Of a DNA stretch of 64,000 nucleotides, positions 1 to 9,744 are shown piece after piece. The DNA lies in assembly GCA_019635695.1 (NCBI GenBank), contig JAHBYZ010000003.1, forward strand, positions 1-64,000. Reading direction: 5' to 3'. This DNA is from Rhizobiaceae bacterium. GTDB taxonomy: Bacteria > Pseudomonadota > Alphaproteobacteria > Rhizobiales > Rhizobiaceae. Below the pieces are notes generated by a model, which did not search any database, had not been told where the DNA came from, and was given only the letters and a program-made list of their open reading frames with translations. The position numbers and the translations under genes were made by a program. Positions within the stretch are counted from its first letter, which is position 1; every line of letters begins with the position of its first letter.

Positions 1-451
1 GGGGCAGAAGAGCGCGCCCAATCTGGTGGCGTTGTTGTCCGACCCGGCGGTGACAAAAATCTTCCACTTCGGCCGTTTCGACCTCGCAGTGCTCTACCAG
101 TATCTCGGCGTGATGACGGGTCCGGTGTTCTGCACAAAGATCGCCTCGCGGCTGGTGCGCACCTACACCGACCGCCACGGCCTCAAGGACATCACGCAGG
201 AACTGCTCGGCATCACGCTGTCCAAGGTGCAGCAGTCATCCGACTGGGCGGCCGCCGAGCTGTCCAAGGACCAGCTCGAATACGCGGCCTCCGACGTGCT
301 GCACCTGCACGCGCTGAAGGCGAAGCTGGAGGAGCGCCTCGACCGCGACGGGCGCCGCGAGATCGCCGAAGCCTGCTTCACCTTCCTGCCGACCCGTGCC
401 AAGCTCGATCTGCTGGGCTGGGACGAGGAGGACATTTTTGCCCATAGCTGA
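1..451 (+). CDS. 3'-5' exonuclease domain protein (RNase D-like), 5'-truncated at window edge
   Basis: ORF continues from the window start in frame 2. The translation resembles the C-terminal half of short RNase D / DnaQ-like exonucleases (motifs ...YAASDVLHLHAL...). Confidence 0.55.
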   Translation, partial: GQKSAPNLVALLSDPAVTKIFHFGRFDLAVLYQYLGVMTGPVFCTKIASRLVRTYTDRHGLKDITQELLGITLSKVQQSSDWAAAELSKDQLEYAASDVLHLHALKAKLEERLDRDGRREIAEACFTFLPTRAKLDLLGWDEEDIFAHS

Positions 452-472
452 TCCCGCCCGGCGGGAGGCTGC

Positions 473-760
473 ATGTCTGTCGACAAGGACGAGGACGCCC
501 GCGCAGCGATCGCCGAGCTGCGCCGGCTGATCGCGCTGAAGATGGACAACATCGATGCGCCGGAACTGCTGGCGCTGGTCGACCGCGCCACGGGTCATGT
601 CGCGAACCCGGACAATCACAAGCGCCTGTCCGACGCGCTCGCTGGCGCGCTGACGGTGGTCCGCTTCGGCGAGATGTTCGGCACCGATCCGGCGCCGGCG
701 ATCGCGCAGGCCACCAAACTGCTCGAAGGGCTGGAGCAGTTGTCGCGGATGCCCGATTGA
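473..760 (+). CDS. hypothetical protein (95 aa)
   Basis: ORF with a GGGAGG RBS 5 nt upstream of the ATG. No recognised domain. Confidence 0.45.
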   Translation: MSVDKDEDARAAIAELRRLIALKMDNIDAPELLALVDRATGHVANPDNHKRLSDALAGALTVVRFGEMFGTDPAPAIAQATKLLEGLEQLSRMPD

Positions 761-773
761 GGTTTGACTGACC

Positions 774-1898
774 CTATTCGGCCGGCTGCACGGCTTCCTT
801 GCGCGCCGGCCGGTCGATATGCGCCCAGGCCGGCCGCTCGAACAGCCATTTGCCCCAGCCGCTCCACTGCACCAGCCCGTAGAGCACCACCGGCCCGGCG
901 ACCGCAGCCACCCAGGTGATGAACGAGATCGTGCCGATATCCGCGATGATGCCGAGCTTGAGCAGCACCGTGCGGGTGACCGCCATCGGCAGGAAGAAGG
1001 CGAGATAGACGACGATGGACCGGCTGCCGAGCCAGGTCAGCCAGCGGCTCCATGGCGCGCCGGCGACCAGCGAGGCAACGGCGATCACCACGCCGATGCC
1101 GGGGATCGCGAGCAGCAGGGAGATGAAAGGCAGCTCGGCGAGGCCGCCGATCGCGCCCGACGTGCCGATGTCGGGCTGCAGCCACGGCGCGATGTGCTCG
1201 GGGCAGGTGGTGAAGGCCAGCATGCCGTTGATCGGCGCCCACACCGCGATCCCTGCCAGCGTCTTGCCGGGATTGGCGCGCACCCAGGCGGCGAAGCGGA
1301 AGATCTGCGGCGCCAGCGCGTAGCCGGCGTAGAACCAGACGAAGCGGGCGCAGAATTCGTCGACGATGATCGAGCCGGTGTGCACCGGAAGGATTTCCAG
1401 CACCGCCGCCCAGCCGAGCACCATCCATGCCGGCAGCGGCTTCAGCACCCGCGCCACGATGAAGAAGATCGGCAGCAGATAGACGAACCAGAGCGTGCCG
1501 AAGGGCTGCACGAAGGCGAACAGATAGTTCTCCGCCGGCGCCAGCGCGCCCTCCTCCATCGCCATGCCGGGCGCCTTGAAGGCGAACTGGATGGTCAGCC
1601 ACAGCACGTAGAAATAGGCGAAGTGAACGACCTTGCGGTCGAGGTAGCGCCGCCACGGCCGGTCGATCACCAGAGCCAGGAACAGACCGGAGATCAGGAA
1701 GAAGTCGGGCATGCGGAACGGCCGCGCAAAGGTGACGGCCAGGCCGAGCCAGCCGGTCTCGCCCGCCGCCTCCTCCACGCCGAGCGCGGCGTGAACCATG
1801 ACGACCATGATGATGCAGATGCCCTTGGCCGTATCGACCCAGGGGATGCGCTCGTCCGAGCCGGTGCGGATTTCCGTGATCGCCTTCATGCAGCACAT
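774..1898 (-). CDS. acyltransferase family 3 membrane protein
   Basis: Multi-TM protein with the typical acyltransferase_3 N-terminal pattern (WVDTAKGICIIMVVMVH, FFLISG). An alternative start lies 9 nt downstream (MKAIT...). Confidence 0.7.
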   Translation of the reverse strand: MCCMKAITEIRTGSDERIPWVDTAKGICIIMVVMVHAALGVEEAAGETGWLGLAVTFARPFRMPDFFLISGLFLALVIDRPWRRYLDRKVVHFAYFYVLWLTIQFAFKAPGMAMEEGALAPAENYLFAFVQPFGTLWFVYLLPIFFIVARVLKPLPAWMVLGWAAVLEILPVHTGSIIVDEFCARFVWFYAGYALAPQIFRFAAWVRANPGKTLAGIAVWAPINGMLAFTTCPEHIAPWLQPDIGTSGAIGGLAELPFISLLLAIPGIGVVIAVASLVAGAPWSRWLTWLGSRSIVVYLAFFLPMAVTRTVLLKLGIIADIGTISFITWVAAVAGPVVLYGLVQWSGWGKWLFERPAWAHIDRPARKEAVQPAE

Positions 1899-2098
1899 CT
1901 GGGGGTATCCGGGTCACCATGCGGTTAATCCGGATTGCAACCGGTTCACGTTCCCGTCAGCCCTGACGCGTGGCTCGCTCGGTGTTAACCCGCTGATAAC
2001 CAACACTTTCCTGAGAATCAGACTTAACTTGCCCTTAAAGCGCCGCATCTAGCGTCTTTGCGACGCCGCAGGGACGCGGAACGCATGACGGGGACGAG

Positions 2099-4219
2099 AT
2101 GGCGCGCAGGAAGGCCGACCGGCGGATCGAGCCGCGTTTCGACGCGGCACATGACGATTCCGACGGCTTCGCGCTGAACGAGGAGGATCGCGTCCTGCCC
2201 GCGAGGCGCAAGAAGGCCAAGGCCGGCCCCGCATCCCGGGGCACCGGCTCGCGTGCCGGTGCGCGCAACAGGGCGAGACCGAAGCGCGGCTTCATCGGCA
2301 CCGCCATTCGCCGCCTCGTCTACTGGACGCTGGTTCTCGGCATCTGGGTCGGCATAGCCGGCGGCGCGCTCGTTGCCTGGTACGGCGCGCAGATGCCCTC
2401 GGTGGCGAGCTGGGAGGTGCCGGACCGCCCGCCCAACGTGCGCATTCTGTCCGTCGACGGCCAGCTCGTCGCCAATCGCGGCATGACCGGTGGCGAGGCG
2501 CTCGGCCTGCGCGACATGTCGCCCTGGATCCCGCAGGCTGTCATGGCCATCGAGGACCGCCGCTTCTATTCGCATTTCGGCGTCGACCCGATCGGGCTGG
2601 CGCGCGCGATGTTCACCAACCTGACCAGCGGCGGCTTCTCGCAGGGCGGCTCGACGCTCACCCAGCAGCTGGCCAAGAATCTGTTCCTCAAGCCCGACCG
2701 CACGCTGGAGCGCAAGGTTCAGGAGGTGCTGCTGGCGCTGTGGCTGGAGCATCGTCACTCCAAGGACGAGATCCTGGAGATGTACCTCAACCGCGTCTAT
2801 TTCGGCTCCGGTTCCTACGGCGTCGAGGCCGCCTCGCGCCGCTATTTCGGCAAGAGCGCCCGCGACGTGACGCTGGCGGAAGCCGCGGTGCTTGCCGGCC
2901 TGCTCAAGGCGCCGTCGCGGCTGTCGCCTGCCCGCGACCCGAAGGCGGCAGCCGAGCGCGCCGACCTCGTTCTCAACGCCATGCGCGAGCAGGGCATTAT
3001 CGACCGGGCACAGCTCGCCGGCGCGCTCGACGCCCCGCCGGCTCGCCCGGCGTCCTACTGGACCGGCTCCGAACACTACGTCGCGGACAAGGTCATGGAC
3101 GAGCTGCCCGGCCTCGTCGGCGAGATCGGCACCGACCTGATCGTCGAGACGACGATCGACCTGCACCTGCAGGAATTCGCCGAGCGCTCGATCCGCCGCC
3201 TGATCGACGAGAACCGGGAAAAGGCCAATGTCAGCCAGGGCGTGCTGGTGTCGCTCGACAACACCGGCGCGGTGCGCGCCATGGTCGGCGGCTACGACTA
3301 TGCCAACAGCCAGTTCGACCGCGCCACGCAGGCCAAGCGCCAGCCGGGCTCGGCCTTCAAGCCCTTCGTGTTCATGGCGGCGCTCGAGCAGGGGCTGACG
3401 CCCGACACGGTGCGCCGCGACGCGCCGGTCAGGATCGGCAAGTGGCAGCCGGCCAACTTCAACGACAAATATTATGGCGACGTGACGCTGACGCAGGCGC
3501 TGGCGAAGTCGCTGAATTCGGTCGCCGTGCGCCTCGTCGACGAGGTCGGCTACAAGCGCGTCATCGACGCCGCCTATCGCATGGGCATCGAGTCGGACCT
3601 GCAGAAAAACGCATCCATCGCGCTCGGCACGTCGGAGGTCACGCCGCTGGAGCTGACCGCCGCCTTCGTGCCTTTCGCCAATGGCGGCTTCCGCCCCTTC
3701 GTCCACTTCATCGAGAAGGTGTCGACGCCCTCGGGCGAGGTGCTGTGGCAGCGCCGCTCCGCCGGCATCCCGCGCGTCGCCAACGCCAACGTCGTCGGCA
3801 TGATGAACCGCATGATGTCCGCTACGCTGGAGGAAGGCACGGCCCGCAAGGCCGCCTTCGGCTGGCCCGCCGCCGGCAAGACCGGCACCACGCAGTCCTC
3901 GCGCGACGTCTGGTTCGTCGGCTACACGGCCAACCTGACCACCGGCGTGTGGTTCGGCAATGACGACGGCGCGCCGACGAAGAACCTCACCGGCGGCTCG
4001 CTGCCGGCCATCGCCTGGCACGACTTCATGCTGGCAGCCCACGAGGGCGTGGCGGTGCGCGGCCTGCCGGGCGCGACGCAGGCGCCGCTGCCGACCTTGC
4101 GCGACGGTTTCCCGGTCGCCGAGGACCACACCGCGTCCATCGGCGCCAACGACGCGGCGGCGCCCCCGCCGGAACCGCGCCGCGTGAATTCCATCCTCGA
4201 CGTGCTGATGGGCAACTAG
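2099..4219 (+). CDS. class A penicillin-binding protein (transglycosylase/transpeptidase)
   Basis: Glycosyltransferase-51 motifs (EDRRFYSHFGVD, GGSTLTQQLAKN) and transpeptidase SxxK (SAFKPF), SxN and KTG motifs. 706 aa. Confidence 0.85.
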   Translation: MARRKADRRIEPRFDAAHDDSDGFALNEEDRVLPARRKKAKAGPASRGTGSRAGARNRARPKRGFIGTAIRRLVYWTLVLGIWVGIAGGALVAWYGAQMPSVASWEVPDRPPNVRILSVDGQLVANRGMTGGEALGLRDMSPWIPQAVMAIEDRRFYSHFGVDPIGLARAMFTNLTSGGFSQGGSTLTQQLAKNLFLKPDRTLERKVQEVLLALWLEHRHSKDEILEMYLNRVYFGSGSYGVEAASRRYFGKSARDVTLAEAAVLAGLLKAPSRLSPARDPKAAAERADLVLNAMREQGIIDRAQLAGALDAPPARPASYWTGSEHYVADKVMDELPGLVGEIGTDLIVETTIDLHLQEFAERSIRRLIDENREKANVSQGVLVSLDNTGAVRAMVGGYDYANSQFDRATQAKRQPGSAFKPFVFMAALEQGLTPDTVRRDAPVRIGKWQPANFNDKYYGDVTLTQALAKSLNSVAVRLVDEVGYKRVIDAAYRMGIESDLQKNASIALGTSEVTPLELTAAFVPFANGGFRPFVHFIEKVSTPSGEVLWQRRSAGIPRVANANVVGMMNRMMSATLEEGTARKAAFGWPAAGKTGTTQSSRDVWFVGYTANLTTGVWFGNDDGAPTKNLTGGSLPAIAWHDFMLAAHEGVAVRGLPGATQAPLPTLRDGFPVAEDHTASIGANDAAAPPPEPRRVNSILDVLMGN

Positions 4220-4674
4220 CGCTCAGCCGCGGCCTTGGCCCGCGCGATTGCCCATGCCGGCCACTGCTCGCTGCGGCGGTAGAACTGCTTCATCACGGGC
4301 ACGCCCTCCGGGATGACCACCCAGGGCTGCTTGCTCTCGGTGAAGATGTGGATGTCCGGCGGGCAGGCGTCGGGGTCGTCCAGCGTGCCGACCCGCACGA
4401 ACATGAATTTCGGCCCGGCGCCGGAATAGGTGCTCCACACCGCCACCTTGCACGTCGGGCAGCGGCTGATCCTCTGGCCCTTGCCGCTTTCCGACGGCGT
4501 GTCGATGACGTCCGGCGTGCCGGTCACCTCGACGCATTCGGCCTCGATCAGCGCGTTCATCACGAAGGCCGAGCCGGTCTCGCGCTGGCACCAGCGGCAA
4601 TGGCAGCAATGGACGAAAAGCGGCCTGTCCTTCAGCCGGTAGCGGATCGTTCCGCAGGTGCATCGCCCGTCCAT
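4216..4674 (-). CDS. GFA family (CENP-V-like, glutathione-dependent formaldehyde-activating fold) protein
   Basis: Cys-rich pattern CTCG..., HCCHCRWCQRETG and CPTCK typical of GFA/CENP-V zinc-binding proteins. Confidence 0.75.
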   Translation of the reverse strand: MDGRCTCGTIRYRLKDRPLFVHCCHCRWCQRETGSAFVMNALIEAECVEVTGTPDVIDTPSESGKGQRISRCPTCKVAVWSTYSGAGPKFMFVRVGTLDDPDACPPDIHIFTESKQPWVVIPEGVPVMKQFYRRSEQWPAWAIARAKAAAER

Positions 4675-4791
4675 GATGGGCCTCCTTCCGTCCCGCGGAC
4701 GCTATCCGCGAGACGGTCCGGTTACAATCGCCGCCCGCGACGCCAACGAGCTGCAACCGCCATCTGCTGACGTCAAGGAACGAATCCTCCC

Positions 4792-5178
4792 TTGCGGCAT
4801 TTGACCCCGATGCGACGTCGCCATTCCCACTATTCCGAACCCCGCGCCGACGGCTTCGTCGTTGGGGGCCTTGCCCTGGTCGTCATGCTGACCGTCGGGG
4901 CTTTCGCCGCATCCGAGGCGTTCGTGACATTGGAAGCGCCCGTTGCCCGCGCGTATACGCTGTCGGCGCTGCCAAGCGCGCCGACCGACGAGGTGACAAC
5001 GTCGTCGGTCGCGGTGGAGGAGGTTGCGCCCGTTCCGGTTCCGGTTCCGGCTACGACGCGGCAGGCGCAGGCGCCGCTGTGCAACGTCGCCAAATGTGCG
5101 GCATCATATCGATCATTCAACGCGGACGACTGCACCTTCCAGCCCTTTGAGGGCGAGCGGCGGGTGTGTCCGTACTGA
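4792..5178 (+). CDS. BA14K-family secreted/membrane protein
   Basis: N-terminal hydrophobic segment, Pro/Val-rich linker and a C-terminal CAASYRSFNADDCTFQPFEGERRVCPY motif characteristic of the BA14K family of Brucella/Rhizobiales. Confidence 0.65.
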   Translation: MRHLTPMRRRHSHYSEPRADGFVVGGLALVVMLTVGAFAASEAFVTLEAPVARAYTLSALPSAPTDEVTTSSVAVEEVAPVPVPVPATTRQAQAPLCNVAKCAASYRSFNADDCTFQPFEGERRVCPY

Positions 5179-5181
5179 GGT

Positions 5182-6189
5182 CTACCTGACCAGGAACCCT
5201 CTGCCGAGCTCGTCGCCGTCCTCCAGCGTGAACTCGGCGCGGCCGCTGTAGAAGGCCCGCCCCTTCACCCGCACCACGATGCCCGCGCGGCCGTCGGCCA
5301 GCCTGGCGGCAAGCGCCACCGCTCCCTCGAACCGCGAGCCGACGACGCTCTCGAAAAGACGCGTGTCGCCCGGCGCGATCTCGCCCTTCGCGGCCATGGC
5401 CGCCAGCCGCGCGGTCACGCCCGAACCGGTCGGCGAGCGGTCGACCTCGGCGTCGGCGAAGACGCAGACGTTGCGGGTTGTCTCGCCGCCCGAGCCGTCA
5501 TGCCCGTCGGTCAGAATCGAGCCGTAGAGGAAGGCGAGGTCCGGCGAATCCGGGTGCGACAGCGGCACCATTGCCCGCGCCGCTTCCGACAGGGCCGTTG
5601 CGGCATCAACAAAATCGCGCGCCTTGCTGCGCCCGAAGGCGAGGCCGAACTGGCGGCAGTCGGCGATGGCGTAGAACGCCCCGCCATAGGCGAGGTCGAA
5701 GCGGATCGTGCCGAAGGGCGGCAGCTCGACCTCTGCGTCGCGCGCATGCAGGAAAGCCGGCACGCTCTCGAACGACACCGCACCCGCCTTGCCGTCCGTC
5801 ACTTCGACCGAGGCAACCACCATGCCGCACGGGCATTCGATATTGACGATGGTCAGAGGCTCGACAGCGGGCACCAGCCCCCGGTCCACCGCGTAGCGCC
5901 CGAGTGCGATCACCGCGTGGCCGCACATGGTGGAATAGCCTTCATTGTGCATGAACAGCACGGCGAGGTCGGCGCCCGGCAGGTCCGGCTCGACCAGCAG
6001 CGCGCCATACATGTCGTAGTGGCCGCGCGGCTCGAAGATCAGCAGCTTTCTGAGGTGGTCGAGATTGTCGCGCACCCAGGCGCGCTTTTCGAGGATCGTA
6101 CCAGACGGGATCGGCGGATAGCCGCTCTCGACGATGCGCACCGGCTCGCCGCCGGTGTGCATGTCGGTGACCGTCAGCGGCCCGCTCAT
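5182..6189 (-). CDS. proline racemase-family enzyme, Cys/Thr type (probable trans-3-hydroxy-L-proline dehydratase)
   Basis: Family motifs SGYPPIP, HNEGYSTMCGHAVIAL and DRSPTGSGVTARLA. The second catalytic position is Thr rather than Cys, as in the T3LHyp dehydratases. Confidence 0.75.
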   Translation of the reverse strand: MSGPLTVTDMHTGGEPVRIVESGYPPIPSGTILEKRAWVRDNLDHLRKLLIFEPRGHYDMYGALLVEPDLPGADLAVLFMHNEGYSTMCGHAVIALGRYAVDRGLVPAVEPLTIVNIECPCGMVVASVEVTDGKAGAVSFESVPAFLHARDAEVELPPFGTIRFDLAYGGAFYAIADCRQFGLAFGRSKARDFVDAATALSEAARAMVPLSHPDSPDLAFLYGSILTDGHDGSGGETTRNVCVFADAEVDRSPTGSGVTARLAAMAAKGEIAPGDTRLFESVVGSRFEGAVALAARLADGRAGIVVRVKGRAFYSGRAEFTLEDGDELGRGFLVR

Positions 6190-6983
6190 TTGCCCGAAAA
6201 GAGCTTCTGCAGCGGGCCGAAGGCGGCGACCTCGCCGGCAAAGGTGAAGGTGCCCTTGTCGAGCATCTCCCGCGCCGCCTTTTCCACCGCGCCGAACATG
6301 GCCTGCGTCAGCCGTGGTCCGGTCGAGATGCGGCGGATGCCGATCGCCGCCAGCGATGCGATCGACTGATCTTTCGGCGCGATCATGGAGACCGGCTTGC
6401 CGACCGCCTGGCAGATCGTCTTCAGCATCTGCGGGTCGGAGACGCCCGGGGCGAACAGCACGTCGGCGCCCGCCTCGGCGAAGTGCTGCAGGCGGCGGAT
6501 CGTGTCGTCTAGGTCGGTGCGGCCGTGCAGGAAGTTCTCGCTGCGCGCCGTGAAGACGAAGTCGCGCTTCAGCGCACGCGCCGCTTCGGCCGCCGCGCGC
6601 ACGCGGTCTACCGCATGCCCGAATTCATAGATCGGTTTCGTTTCGTCGCCCGAAAAATCCTCGATCGAGCAGCCGGCCAGCCCGGCGGCTTCCGCCGCGA
6701 AGATCGTCTGCGCGGCGCTGTCGGCGCTGTCGCCCTTGCCCTTCTCCAGATCGGCCGAAACCGGGATTCCGACCGCTGCCACCATCTCGCGGCAATGCGC
6801 GATCATGTCCTCGAAGCGCACCCCGCCATCAGGCAGCGCGCGGGTGAAAGCGTATCCGGCACTCGAAGTCGCCAGCGCCTTGAAGCCCAGATGCTCCAGC
6901 AGCCGCGCGGTGCCCGGTTCCGACGGGTTGGGCATGACGAAGGTTGCGTCATGCAGCTTGCGGAATGTTTCACCTTTTTCCAT
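6186..6983 (-). CDS. isocitrate lyase / PEP mutase family protein (2-methylisocitrate lyase-like)
   Basis: ICL/PEPM-family sequence (ATSSAGYA, ADLEKGKGDS, CSIEDF). The start at MEKGETF sits inside a longer ORF. A 4-nt overlap with the upstream gene suggests an operon. Confidence 0.7.
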   Translation of the reverse strand: MEKGETFRKLHDATFVMPNPSEPGTARLLEHLGFKALATSSAGYAFTRALPDGGVRFEDMIAHCREMVAAVGIPVSADLEKGKGDSADSAAQTIFAAEAAGLAGCSIEDFSGDETKPIYEFGHAVDRVRAAAEAARALKRDFVFTARSENFLHGRTDLDDTIRRLQHFAEAGADVLFAPGVSDPQMLKTICQAVGKPVSMIAPKDQSIASLAAIGIRRISTGPRLTQAMFGAVEKAAREMLDKGTFTFAGEVAAFGPLQKLFSGK

Positions 6984-7077
6984 CGCGGTCTCCGTCCGGG
7001 TGCGGGCGCTCAATGTCGCCGCAGTCGGGTCGCGGCACAACTGACAGTAGCGGGGCCAGCGCGGCGAGCCCGTTGGC

Positions 7078-7908
7078 TCAGAAGCGCTGCTCGTTTTCGG
7101 CAGCCAGCCGGTCGAATGCGTCGGAGTCCGCCTTGAAGTGCTGCGCCGCATCGTCCCAGCGATAGGTCACCGTGATCGAACGCTGCATCTCCGCCGGCCG
7201 CTCCAGCCCGTCGCACTGCTGCGTGTCGTCGTGGCTGACCGTTTCGGCGATGGTGGCGACGATATCGGCATAGCGCCGGTCGCCCCTGTCGCCCGCCGTG
7301 AAGGACGGGATTTGCGTCCATGAATAGCCGCAGCCGGTCTCGTCGAAGGTCCAGACCAGGTCGACCAGTTCCAGGCGGTCGCCGCGCGGCAGGATCAGCG
7401 CCTGCATGCCGTAACCCTGCCCGGCGTTGAAATGGCCGCTGCCGGTGATGATGAGATCGTCGCCGTCCGACAGGGCCAGGCTCGCCGGCTCCTCGAAGAA
7501 GACGAGGCGGTCGAACGCGACCTGCGCGGCGTCCAGCAGCTTCGGCGCCGGCGCGTCGTCGAACAGCGCCAGCACGGCCAGCGGCTCGACTGAATCGGCT
7601 GTCTCTTCCGGGTCGATCATCAATGCGTGCCGCGGCTTTCCGTCGATCCTGATCGCCACGACCGACAGGCTGGCGCGCCCGTACGCCGTCACCGGCTCGG
7701 TGGCGTAATCCGCACCGCCGATGTGGCGAAGCGGCATCATCTTCGCGCCGCCCGCATCGCCATAGTCGGGAAAGACCTGCCGCACGAGGTCGAGCCACGC
7801 CGTGCCGGGCGCCCCCGGCACCGCATCCGCCGTCTCCGGATAGGCAATGTCGGCGGCACGCGCGGGAGCTGACAGAACCAGCAGCGCGGCGAGCAGGCGT
7901 ATCAGCAT
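7078..7908 (-). CDS. secreted hypothetical protein (signal peptide)
   Basis: Internal Met followed by MLIRLLAALLVLSAPARA signal peptide. The upstream part of the 510-aa ORF overlaps the HAD gene and was discarded. Confidence 0.45.
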   Translation of the reverse strand: MLIRLLAALLVLSAPARAADIAYPETADAVPGAPGTAWLDLVRQVFPDYGDAGGAKMMPLRHIGGADYATEPVTAYGRASLSVVAIRIDGKPRHALMIDPEETADSVEPLAVLALFDDAPAPKLLDAAQVAFDRLVFFEEPASLALSDGDDLIITGSGHFNAGQGYGMQALILPRGDRLELVDLVWTFDETGCGYSWTQIPSFTAGDRGDRRYADIVATIAETVSHDDTQQCDGLERPAEMQRSITVTYRWDDAAQHFKADSDAFDRLAAENEQRF

Positions 7909-7982
7909 GAAGAGGGCGGAGCTCCGGGGTGCGCGCGCGAGACTATCATCGTCGTCGGCGCGGGCAATGGCCGCTTTGCGCC

Positions 7983-8651
7983 TCAGCGCAATCCAAGCAA
8001 CCCCGGCAGGACGCGCATGTCGTCGAACAGCACGCCGCCGGCCGCCGCCAGCCCGTCGCGGTCTGAATGCGGATCGCCGTGATAGGAGAAGACGCGCATC
8101 CCGGCGGCGATGCCCGCCTGCGTGCCCGGCACGCTGTCCTCGATCACCACGCAGCGTTCGGGCGCGTGCCCCATCCGCCGCGCCGCGTGCAGGAACAGGT
8201 CCGGAAACGGCTTGCCGCGCTCCACCATCGTGGCGCTGAACAGCACGTCGCGGAAATGGCGGATCAGCCCGGTGGCGCCGAGCGTGAGATGCATCTTGTC
8301 GAGCTTCGCCGAGGAAGCCACGCACCACGGCACGCCGGCCTCGCGCAGCGCCGCCACGACGGTCTCGATATGCGGCACGGCCTCGACCCGGTCGCGGAAG
8401 ATCTCGTCGAGCGAGGAATACCAGCGCTCGGTGAGCTCGAAGCCGAGCGTGTGGCCTGCCGCCTCGATCTCCGCCTGCACGCTCTTCATGCTGCGGCCAG
8501 AAAAGCGCCGCCGGCAGTCCTCGTAGGTCACGGGATAGCCCGCCGCAGTCAGCCAGGCGCACAGCACCTCGTTGGCCGTCCGCTCGGTATCGACCAGCAC
8601 GCCGTCGCAATCGAAGATGACCAGGTCCGGTGTCCTGGACGGCGGCTGCAT
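7983..8651 (-). CDS. HAD-superfamily hydrolase (beta-phosphoglucomutase-like phosphatase)
   Basis: DxD motif (VIFDCDGVLVDTE), a conserved S/T and a C-terminal VIEDS...G motif. Confidence 0.75.
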   Translation of the reverse strand: MQPPSRTPDLVIFDCDGVLVDTERTANEVLCAWLTAAGYPVTYEDCRRRFSGRSMKSVQAEIEAAGHTLGFELTERWYSSLDEIFRDRVEAVPHIETVVAALREAGVPWCVASSAKLDKMHLTLGATGLIRHFRDVLFSATMVERGKPFPDLFLHAARRMGHAPERCVVIEDSVPGTQAGIAAGMRVFSYHGDPHSDRDGLAAAGGVLFDDMRVLPGLLGLR

Positions 8652-9106
8652 CAGCCCGTGCCCGTCGAGCCGAAGCCGCCGGCGCCGCGCGTGGAAGCCG
8701 GCAGCACCGAGCGCTCGGCGATTTCCGCCCGGCTGACCGCGGCGATGACCAGCTGCGCGATGCGCATGCCGCGCGTGACGGAAAATTCCTCGTCCGACAG
8801 GTTGACCAGCAGCACCTTGAGCTCGCCGCGATAGTCGCTATCGATGGTTCCCGGCGTGTTGAGGCAGGTGATGCCGTGCTTGAGCGCCAGCCCCGAGCGT
8901 GGCCGGACCTGCCCCTCGAAGCCGGCGGGGATTTCCGCCATCAGCCCCGTCGGCACCAACGCGCGCTTGCCCGGCAGGATCATCAGCGGCCGGTCCTCGG
9001 CCACCGCCGCGCGCAGGTCCATGCCGGCCGCGCCCGCCGTTTCGTACGCAGGTAGCGGCAGCCCTTCCGAATGCGGCAGGCGGACGAAGGCAATGGTCGG
9101 CAACAT
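8651..9106 (-). CDS. dut: dUTP diphosphatase
   Basis: dUTPase motifs ([32 protein letters not shown]). Confidence 0.9.
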   Translation of the reverse strand: MLPTIAFVRLPHSEGLPLPAYETAGAAGMDLRAAVAEDRPLMILPGKRALVPTGLMAEIPAGFEGQVRPRSGLALKHGITCLNTPGTIDSDYRGELKVLLVNLSDEEFSVTRGMRIAQLVIAAVSRAEIAERSVLPASTRGAGGFGSTGTG

Positions 9107-9168
9107 GCCGAAGCTATCGGCGCGACCGGCGCGCCGGTCAATTCACGGTTGGAGCCTATCCAAAGGAA

Positions 9169-9639
9169 TCACCGAACCTCCACCGGCACCACCGTCGTCT
9201 CCTTGATCTCCTCCATGACGAAGGAGGCGGAGACGTCGCTGAGCGGCACCTTGGCGATCAGCCGCTGGTAGAGCCGGTCGTAGGCCTTCACGTCGGCCAC
9301 GCGGGCGCGCAGCAGGTAGTCGAGGTCGCCGGACACGCGGTAAACGCCGGTGATCTCCGGAAACGACACCACCGCGTCGCGGAACTTCCGCAGCCAGTCC
9401 GGATCGTGGCTCGACGTGCGTACGATGACGAACACCGACAGCCCCAGCCCCAGCCGGTCGGCGTCGACCAGCGCCACGCGGCCGGTGATGACGCGCTCCT
9501 CCTCCAGCCGCTTCACCCGCCGCCAGCAGGCGTTGCGCGACAGGTTCACGCGCTCGGAGAGCTGGTCGACCGAGAGCGAGCCGTCGCGTTGCAGCTCGGC
9601 GAGGATGCGGCGGTCTGTTTCGTCCAGATCGTGGCTCAT
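9169..9639 (-). CDS. Lrp/AsnC family transcriptional regulator
   Basis: N-terminal HTH (DETDRRILAELQRDGSLSVDQLSERVNLS) and C-terminal RAM domain. Start at internal Met (MSHDLDE). Confidence 0.8.
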   Translation of the reverse strand: MSHDLDETDRRILAELQRDGSLSVDQLSERVNLSRNACWRRVKRLEEERVITGRVALVDADRLGLGLSVFVIVRTSSHDPDWLRKFRDAVVSFPEITGVYRVSGDLDYLLRARVADVKAYDRLYQRLIAKVPLSDVSASFVMEEIKETTVVPVEVR

Positions 9640-9744
9640 TGTTGGGATGATTGTCCCAACAGTTCTGGAAAAGCAAGGATAAGAGGGGACATTTCTCCCG
9701 CGAGAACGGGGCAAGATGGCCCCAATAGCGACAAGGGGAACCAC

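Noticed and set aside
616-4129. Long antisense or out-of-frame ORFs (616-1920 -, 819-1928 +, 2024-4129 -, 2740-3963 +) overlapping the acyltransferase and PBP genes
   Set aside because: Arg/Gly/Ala/Pro-rich low-complexity translations typical of spurious ORFs on the opposite strand of genuine high-GC genes. The partner frames carry clear protein-family motifs.
7078-8610. The 510-aa version of the ORF at 7078-8610, with a long Arg-rich N-terminus
   Set aside because: The upstream 230 codons overlap the HAD hydrolase gene on the same strand in another frame and look like GC-driven read-through. Only the signal-peptide-containing downstream part (from 7908) is plausible.
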